A DNA stretch of 15,999 nucleotides, from positions 1 to 15,999 of the forward strand of contig NW_021825330.1 of the NCBI RefSeq assembly GCF_006345805.1. Direction: 5' to 3'. The notes under the pieces were generated by a model that was not told the DNA's origin, ran no database searches, and saw nothing but the letters and a program-made list of their open reading frames with translations. The position numbers and the translations under genes were made by a program. Below are positions 9,127 through 15,999 of this stretch, one piece after another. Numbering within the stretch: position 1 is the stretch's first letter; every line of letters begins with the position of its first letter. The stretch is from Octopus sinensis. Lineage: Eukaryota.

Positions 9127-9604
9127 TATAATGCCGGAAATTGGGAACTTTCCGCTACAGACAATGACAACCTAGACTCTTTCCATAGAGATCATCTCCG
9201 ACGTACACTACCCTCAAAGTGGCATTCAAGGCTGAGTAGCAGAACAGTTTATCCCAGAACATCAAGCAAACCAATCTCGCTCGAAATTACCCAATGCAGA
9301 TGGAGGCTGTTTGGACACATTCTAATGATGGATTTGGATGCACCGGAAACGCCGCTAAGGAGGACTATTTCGAAGCTGGGGGCCATCGTTTTCGTGGGCG
9401 ACCAAGAAATACTCTCCTGGGTACGCTGGATAGAGACCTAAAGAGGGCTGGTAAAGAATTGAAGAACGGGGACGATCTCGATGCACTACGGGACGTCGCC
9501 CAAGATCGCGGGAAATGGAATAAACTAATTACTCGTATTGTTTCCTGTGCTGCACAAGCTTTGTCATGATCCATGGCATCGCGAAAGTGCCTATAATGAT
9601 AATG
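9127..9604 (+). mobile_element. 3' continuation of the LINE from 1-688
   Basis: YNAGNWELSATDNDNLDSFHRDHLRR, RWRLFGHIL, FRGRPRNTLLGTLDRDL, LRDVAQDRGKW, stop at 9567-9569, short TAATGATAATG tail at 9594-9604. Confidence 0.9.
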
Positions 9605-9929
9605 TGCTCTTTATTTTAATAAAATGTGTTTGCTGCCTATTCGAGGCTCTCGTTATAAGGCTAATAATAATGGAAGCGTTTCATGACTTTTTGGCCCGAC
9701 TGTATGCAGATAAGAGAATAGTCAAAGCCCTAAAAGTCAACTCAACGGTAACACCCATCAATCCTAACAGACTCGTTTGGCAGGATACCGGTGCTCGGAT
9801 CGGTAGCAGATAACGCTTTCCAACAATTCTCAGACGTATCTAAGCAATTCCACTCAAATGAAGTTAATTGCAATTTTAATTCTTACTAGTCCATTTAACA
9901 CTAATTAGAGATAAGAAAAGGAGAAAGGA

Positions 9930-10071
9930 AATATTCGAGTAAATCATCAAGTTGCTGTGATCCGAGGGAACGGCTTCGCCATTCGCGAGGCTGGCCGGGT
10001 GTCTCGTGAGGCCTTTAATTAGCTTAGCTATCTTTTTACTTTTAGAATGTACGTAATTATTTGAAAAAAAA
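9930..10071 (+). mobile_element. Possible second CRE-like 3' terminal fragment
   Basis: QVAVIRGNGFAIREAG* resembles ISVAIVRGNATSIMLAG of the 8701-8985 fragment and is followed by an AT-rich tail ending in A8. The match is short. Confidence 0.4.
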
Positions 10072-11538
10072 TTATCAAGTTAGTTAATTATTGACATCCT
10101 AGTATTAAATTAAGTACAATCTTTTCTGCATAAAAAATTGTTTGATGCCTGATACCGGAATAGGTTGCAATTTATTGTTAGTAAACTAACTCACCATATT
10201 TCTCTTCTATTACTAGTAATACCTCGTGAGATGGACTTGCATTTATTCTCACAAGTTTGTCAGTTAATAAGACACCCGTCGAATCTTTCTTTATCATCAT
10301 TTTAGTAATCCTTATATGAGAATATTTTAAGTATATATTGTGGGTTGAGACGCGTTATTAAATATGCACATTTTATTAAATCCATAAATACTACACAGTG
10401 AATATTTTAAAATACGAAATTTCTAGAATACGACTGATTTTGGGGGACTGAAAATGGAATTTTTTGGCATGTAACTTTAATGTTAAAATAAGATTTTTAC
10501 AGAGATTTTAAACTTTGTAGACTTGCCAAGGCATCTACATGCAGGAAACGAAGGGCACTACACGCATACAGATCTCATTATAATTAAAAATCATATTTTA
10601 TTGTGAATAACTCATTGGTTAGTATCGAACTTTATTTGTTAATATATATTACTTTACACTTAATTTTCAGTGATGATGAAAATAGGCAGTTGACTGGTTC
10701 ATTTGGAGACTTGCTGATTATCCTAATGCTAAGATTGCGGGTTTGAGGACACAAACCTATAGTCAAACGTTGAATTATCGGCTTGATTCTTGAATCCTGG
10801 TTCCATATTTAAAAATCCAAAAATACAGATTCGGAGTCACTAGTTACTATTTGATAATTTGAAATAAATATTTAAGTTATAGTTTTGTAAATATGTCAAC
10901 ATTCATGTACTTATTTCAAAAGTTGCATACCCTAATACAACGGAGAATTGATTTGAGATACCAAAAGTTTATTTGGGACATTAATTATTGTGACCGGTCG
11001 AAAATGAGATACGGTTGAATACGAGCCGTTAAAAAAATCGATAGTCAATATACCGATAAAAAAAAGCCAATTAACAAAATGGCACACGGCGCGTACTAAT
11101 GATTGAACCTTTAATCTTTTAAAAAATGAAGTTTTATATCTAAACCAAGTTTGCTTTAAATTAGTCAAATTATTCACAACATTAGCAAATTATAATTTAC
11201 ATCATTTTAATTTTTGATAATATACATTTCATTGATAGGCGGAAAGTATGTATAAAAAGGAGAAGGAAAGAGGCCACGCAGCCCCCAATGAGAGACGCTG
11301 AAACAGCCATTGGGTCTTGCGAGTGTCCTTCATGTACACAGATCAGCGATCCGAGCCATCTGACAAAAGAATTGATTGAATTTTGATTAAACAGAAAAAA
11401 ATTGCTGAACAACTTTTCTTGATCATATTCGGAAATAATTTAAGAAGATCTTGTTCCTGTTATCACTTAAATAATCTTATTTAAATTAATTTGTGAAGAA
11501 AGCTTAGTACATAAACTAGTGTAAAGTTTGCTTTAAAC

Positions 11539-13716
11539 CAGTGTTTCTCAACCTTTTTTTCCCTGAGGCCCATTTTCAGGGTCATATAAAATCTCAGGCC
11601 CATTGCCTTTAATAAAACTTTGATTAACAAAAAAGTATTTTTATTAACATAAAAAATCTTATTAAAATGTCAATGACTACACTGCTCTTGATGTCTATCT
11701 ATCAATTTGTCAAGTTGAATTTCCAGATCTTGGTTCAACCTCAAACGTAAGTCTCCTCTCTTCTCAATCTGCAATTGATTGCGTTTTTTTGTGAGTAAAT
11801 CGTTTGTTGCAGAAAATCCTGTCTCAACCAACCAAGTGGTGGGAAAGCCAAGTACAAACGGAACAACTTTTTCAAAGAGTAATGGATGAATCGATTCTAC
11901 TTTCATCCATCCATATAAGCCATCCCTTTCAATATTTTTCATTAATACTTTGTTCTCCTTCAGTTCAAGAAGTTCTCCAGCAATAATAGGATCAATGTCT
12001 TTTTCACTTAATACGTCAAAATGTGCTATATCTATAATCCAACTAGGCGGATTCATTTCGATGATATCTTTAAATCTTCTAGTCATATCTTCTTTCAAGC
12101 ATTTCAAGTGGTCAGTGCAGCTTGCGATTACTTCTGAGCTCGGAGCAGTTTTGGCAAAATTACAAAAATAAGCAAATTCATTTTTTTGAAGATGCATCTT
12201 CCAGAGACATAACTTGTTCAAAAAAGAGCGTACTTTCTCAGCACTATCTATCAGATTAGCATTTCGCCCTTGCAGTGTCATGTTCAGTTGGTTGACATGT
12301 GCGAATAAGTCAGCCAGGTAAAAAATCCTTGCTTTTGTATCGTTGTTATTTATCACTGAAAACAAAGTCTCAGCTTTATCTTTCTGCTTCTTGCTACAAG
12401 CTTGTTTTTCATGTCATGAACAAAAATAAGAACCATATCCCACATTTCAGCAAGACGAACTAGGGAATTTCCTTTGGAAAGCCATCTCACTTCAGTGTGC
12501 ATGAGGAGTCTCTGGTGGTCCTCATGTTCACATAAATGTTGAAATAGGCGGTCATGCAAAGCATTGGCTTTGACAAAATTCACTGTTGAAACAGCGACTT
12601 TCAATGCATGTTCCATGTCATCATTGAGAGATTTAGCACAAAGATGTTCTCGATGGATGATGCAATGAATTGCCAATATATGAGGGGCAACTTTTTTTAA
12701 TTTAGCTACAAAGCCATTCTGTTTGCCGGTCATAGCGCTGGCACCGTCTGTTGCAATCTGCAACAGATTTGACAGAGGGATCCCATTATCGTACAGATAG
12801 TCGTAAACAGCCGCATATATAGTGTCGCTTCGTGTGTCAATCAACTTTTTTATAATAACATTTCTTCATGAATTGCCATTGCATCAATATATCGGACATA
12901 AGTAAGTAATAAGGCAGAATTGTTGATTGTTGTCTCATCAATTTGTAGTGAGAACTTAGAAACTTTTAATTTTTCCACAAGCTGTTTCTCGAGGTTTTCT
13001 GCCATTTCAATTTGCCTTCTCTTCACTGTGTCATTAGACAATGGGATTTTTTGTAGAATGTTGGCAGCCTGTTCTCCTAGCAGTTCTTTAGCACAGATCA
13101 ACATTGCTGGCTTCACCAGACGTTCTGCAATTGTATGTGGCTTCCCCACCTTAGCAACCAGTTCACTCACTGCATAACTGACTTTTAGTGTCTTGTTATT
13201 ATGCTCATTTGCTTTTTTTAAGCAGAATTCTAAAGTTTTTGGAGCATTCTTTTGGCGTAACTCCACTTTCTTCCTGAAATAGCTGCGCTCCTTTCCAACA
13301 GAAGCAGGATGCTTCAACTGTTGATGGGCGAACAATTTTGATTTCTTCATGGAAACATTTGTCATTACTAAGCCACAGTCCACACATTCAGGCCTCTTAG
13401 AATCAGCACTTGATGGGATGAAGCCTAGTAATAAAAAATCAGTCTGGTATTTGCGTGTAGTCTTCCTTTTTTCCTTGTGTACTTTTGACATGAACTATAC
13501 AATCAGGCCTATAATATTTAAATTTAAATATGACAATATCATTAAATTAAAAACAAATCAAATCAATTTGAAAATAATAACGAATAAAGATTTATTAGTA
13601 TTAGTATTAACATATTTTCTTTGAGGCCCACTCCAGGCCCAATTAAATCTTCAGGCCCATTTCAAAATTTCTCAGGCCCACAAGTGGGCCTGGGGCCCAA
13701 CGTTGAGAAACACCTG
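11539..13716 (-). mobile_element. Buster-type hAT transposon 2, 2,178 bp, nested in the Ginger element
   Basis: TIRs CAG(G)TGTTTCTCAAC. 8-bp TSD CTTTAAAC (11531-11538, 13717-13724) with central TA. AGGCCCA subterminal repeats near both ends. Confidence 0.96.
11670..13491 (-). CDS. hAT (Buster/ZBED5-like) transposase, ~607 aa after two single-base corrections
   Basis: Three consecutive ORFs (213, 163, 231 aa) with CVDC...HQQLKH, QIDETT, TDGASAM, HCIIH, EVRWLS and LVETGFS. Adding one T near 12855 (EEMLFIKKL) and one A near 12391 (VAKKQKDK) joins them. Confidence 0.9.
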
Positions 13717-13916
13717 CTTTAAACTAGTCAATTATTCCCTACAAATCATTTTTATTTTTGAAAAGATAAATTTTATTGAATTAAATTTCGATTAAGCTAT
13801 TCTACCTCGCTAAGTCCTCTCTGCTATTTTTCTGAATCACAGTACCATCTTCTGCTTCGGATCAACATTCCTGTGCAGATACTCCTCTAACATAATATGT
13901 GAATGTATCAATGTGC

Positions 13917-14889
13917 TCATTTAGGCACTTTCCGTGTTTTTTTATTATTGTCAAGATACACCCTCCTGACAACTCGATCGCCGATGTTAAAAATGGAAAT
14001 ATCATTCTTCCAGGTTCTTTTTCCTAACATTTTTCTTTCGGCATGGTCTGAATTCGAAATTGCTTTCGTTCTCGTGGTTTCATTCGATGACAAAAACCAT
14101 GCAAGATATTCAGTTGCTTCACTTTGTGTTTCTTTATTCCCCGAATCAATTTGGTGGAATATTTCATTCATTTCGTTTTCTGAGTAGTGATTATTAACGG
14201 TGTCATCGGCAGAATCGAACTTTTTTTCGTTTACGAATTCCTTGCCATTGTCTGTGTGCAAAATGGTTGGTTTTCCAAACATCAGAATTATACTTTTTAT
14301 TGCACTTGACACCTCCATGGCCGATTTAGTCTTTAGAGGTCTTGTCCAACAAAATTTAGAAAAAGAATCCAACCCAACCAAAAGCCAGCAAAAATTGTCA
14401 TTGGCATTTGAATAATGCCGTAGATCAACTAAATCAAAAATATATCTGATATTAGAGTAGATAACTACTACCTTTCTCTGACTATATATGCTCTGATAGG
14501 TGTTATACTTGGTCGAGTGTTCATAAGTCGTCTTGCAAGACATTGTGGACAAGACCTGAGAACAAGCATAACTTCATCTCTGCAAGATCCATAGACTAAT
14601 TCTTTAAAAGAGAAAGAAGTCTATCACGACCAGGATGTCCATTTTTGAGGTGAACATTTTTAATAAATATCCTCTGCTGTTCATCCTCTTCCACAGCGAA
14701 CACATGCAAAAGAATTCCACTTGTTTTGAAAAAAAATAATTGATCCGGCGAGGAGTCTATTAATCTGAATAAGGATGTAGTTCTTATAAAATTTCGCTTC
14801 TCCTTTAGCAAATTGGATGGTATAATTTGATATTTCAGATAGGTTATAATTCCTGGCTTTTGTAGCAGACTGAAACGGACAACCTTCAT
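13917..14889 (-). CDS. Ginger-type integrase/transposase (HHCC plus partial rve core), with an intron and an internal deletion
   Basis: HLKNGHPGRDR...SCPQC (HHCC), RERYIFDLVD after splicing (first D), GLDSFSKFCWTRPL, ILHTDNGKEF (second D). The G...QG.VER.N segment carrying the catalytic E is absent after ~14222. Confidence 0.85.
14446..14471 (-). other. 26-nt GT-AG intron in the Ginger integrase
   Basis: GTAGTAGTTATCTACTCTAATATCAG, with a CTAAT branch-like motif. Removal joins frames: ...PIRAYIVRE(AG|A)YIFDLVDLRHY. Confidence 0.8.
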
Positions 14890-15060
14890 AAAAAAAAAAC
14901 TAACGTGAGGAAAAATCTATTACTATTCTATCTGACGTAAACCGTTAAGAAAACAAAAATTTTGAAAAATTTAGAATTATTAAAATTACAAATCATTATA
15001 AAGGTATAAATTAATTTTGATTAATTTTTTCATTAAAAAAATATTGACGATTTTTTTAAC

Positions 15061-15135
15061 GGCTCGTATTCAACCTGGGCTCGTATTCAACCGGTCACAA
15101 TTGTGACCTGGGCTCGTATTCAACCGGTCACAATT
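15061..15135. repeat. Repeat cluster and palindrome at the Ginger right terminus
   Basis: GGCTCGTATTCAACC three times; 27-bp direct repeat at 15076-15102 and 15109-15135; palindrome GGTCACAATTGTGACC at 15093-15108. Confidence 0.9.
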
Positions 15136-15139
15136 ATTA

Positions 15140-15815
15140 TTTAATTAGGATAGGTTAGGTTATCTAATTAAGTGTGTCCGACGCTTTGGAGATCTTATAA
15201 GCAAATCTTCTCCACCCCTTCCGGTCATTCTCAAGCCTTAATAAAGGCAATCCCGTGACGTTTTCTACTGTTGATAGCAATCGAGTCTTCGGTCGGCTGG
15301 GACTTCTCTTCCCAGTAATTTTGCTCGGAATAATGGTTCTTTACAGTAAATTAAAGCGGGCGACATGTCCAAAGAACGTCAAGCTGTGTTTTACAATTTT
15401 TTCTTAAAGCAAAATGTCCGTTTGAGTATATAAATGTTTGTTATTTTGAATGTCCAAAGTAAACTCCTCCAGCACCAAATTTCAAAAGCATTAATTTTTT
15501 GTCTATCTGTATCATATTTCAGCACCGTATAGAAAAACCGGAAAAACAATTACATTTGGCCTTTAAGCAAATATCTCTGCTTTTTCATGTACTGTTTATT
15601 TTCAGAAAAGCACACTGTCCTGTGGCAATTTGCTTTTTGATTTCCAAGCCTCTGTCACCATTTCGATTAATTAGGCATCCAAGAAAGACAACATTATCGC
15701 GATTATCTATTTCTCATTCCTAATTTTTAATTCCATTATTAGCAGACGTCATAAATTTAGTCTTACTGACATTTACATTTAGCAGTAAACCAATCAGGCT
15801 TATAACCAAAAATGC
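15140..15815 (-). mobile_element. RTE-clade LINE, 5'-truncated 3' end
   Basis: GLLLN..SKTKFM, VFLGCLINRNGD, VFPVFLYGAE, INAFEIWCWRSLL, FFGHVAR, GKRSPSRPKTR, DRKGWR, then a TAACC-like tail (plus strand TAGGATAGGTTAGGTTA). Confidence 0.88.
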
Positions 15816-15825
15816 ACTTACTATA

Positions 15826-15999
15826 AAGCACGGATGAGAAAGTATCATTCTGTAAGGCTGTTTTTCATCAAAAAGCGTCGGTAAATTATTTGTAATAGAT
15901 GGAATAATGAATTCGCTCAAATATTACAAAATCCAGGAAGAATGTCTGTTTTATTCGATCGTTAAATTAAATTTGACACAACAATGAACGTTCCAGAAT
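15826..15999 (+). pseudogene. Third Tc1-family transposase fragment running off the window
   Basis: KHG*ESIIL*GCFSSKSVGKLFVIDGIMNSLKYYKI...TFQ fits KHGGGSIMVWGCFS..GVG.L..IDG.MNS.KY...FQQD. Confidence 0.8.

Larger units (their letters stand above)
10989..15132 (-). mobile_element. Ginger2/Tdd-like DNA transposon with a Gypsy-type integrase; 4,144 bp including the nested hAT (about 1.96 kb native)
   Basis: Ends TGTGACCGGT...ACCGGTCACA. TIR similarity extends ~60 bp (GGTTGAATACGAGCCGTTAAAAAAATCG shared). ATTAT at both 10984-10988 and 15133-15137. Integrase gene inside; no LTR, RT or gag seen. Confidence 0.82.

Noticed and set aside
13917-14889. LTR retrotransposon pol fragment
   Set aside because: No RT, RNase H, gag or LTRs; the gene is flanked by TIRs with a TSD and contains an intron.
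14869-14900. Possible extra 5' mini-intron GTTAGTTTTTTTTTTATGAAG in the Ginger gene, and a similar candidate at 879-902 in Tc1 element 1
   Set aside because: No upstream exon or start codon could be identified and there is no homology test for the join.
15061-15135. CRISPR-like short repeat array
   Set aside because: Only three copies without regular unique spacers, and they are the inverse of the Ginger left TIR in a eukaryotic context.
1-15999. Alternative genetic code (stop-codon reassignment)
   Set aside because: Long ORFs in hAT 2 and the TPR gene are open in the standard code, and interruptions are frameshifts rather than stops at conserved positions.

Overview
AT-rich eukaryotic DNA, mostly nested transposable elements, from an intron-poor genome with very small introns (no prokaryotic genes seen). 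A LINE reverse-transcriptase gene (1-688 and 9127-9604) is split by an 8,436-bp unit (689-9124) bounded by Tc1-type termini and a TA target-site duplication (TSD). Removing the unit restores the LINE frame exactly (...PILL|YNAGNW...). The unit holds a Tc1 transposase remnant, a truncated Buster-type hAT (itself interrupted by a second Tc1), a pogo/Tigger element, a CRE-like retroelement 3' fragment, and a ~2.4-kb TPR gene resembling the middle of SKI3/TTC37, with a 96-bp inverted copy of part of that gene. The right half holds a Ginger/Tdd-like integrase DNA transposon (10989-15132; TGT...ACA ends, 5-bp TSD) carrying a nested, nearly intact Buster hAT (11539-13716; 8-bp TSD), then an RTE LINE 3' end and a third Tc1 fragment. 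Two transposase genes contain 26- and 30-nt GT-AG introns. Most frameshifts in the better-preserved genes are 1-2 nt losses in homopolymers, most likely long-read assembly error rather than decay. Family assignments come from motif recognition from memory, not database searches.
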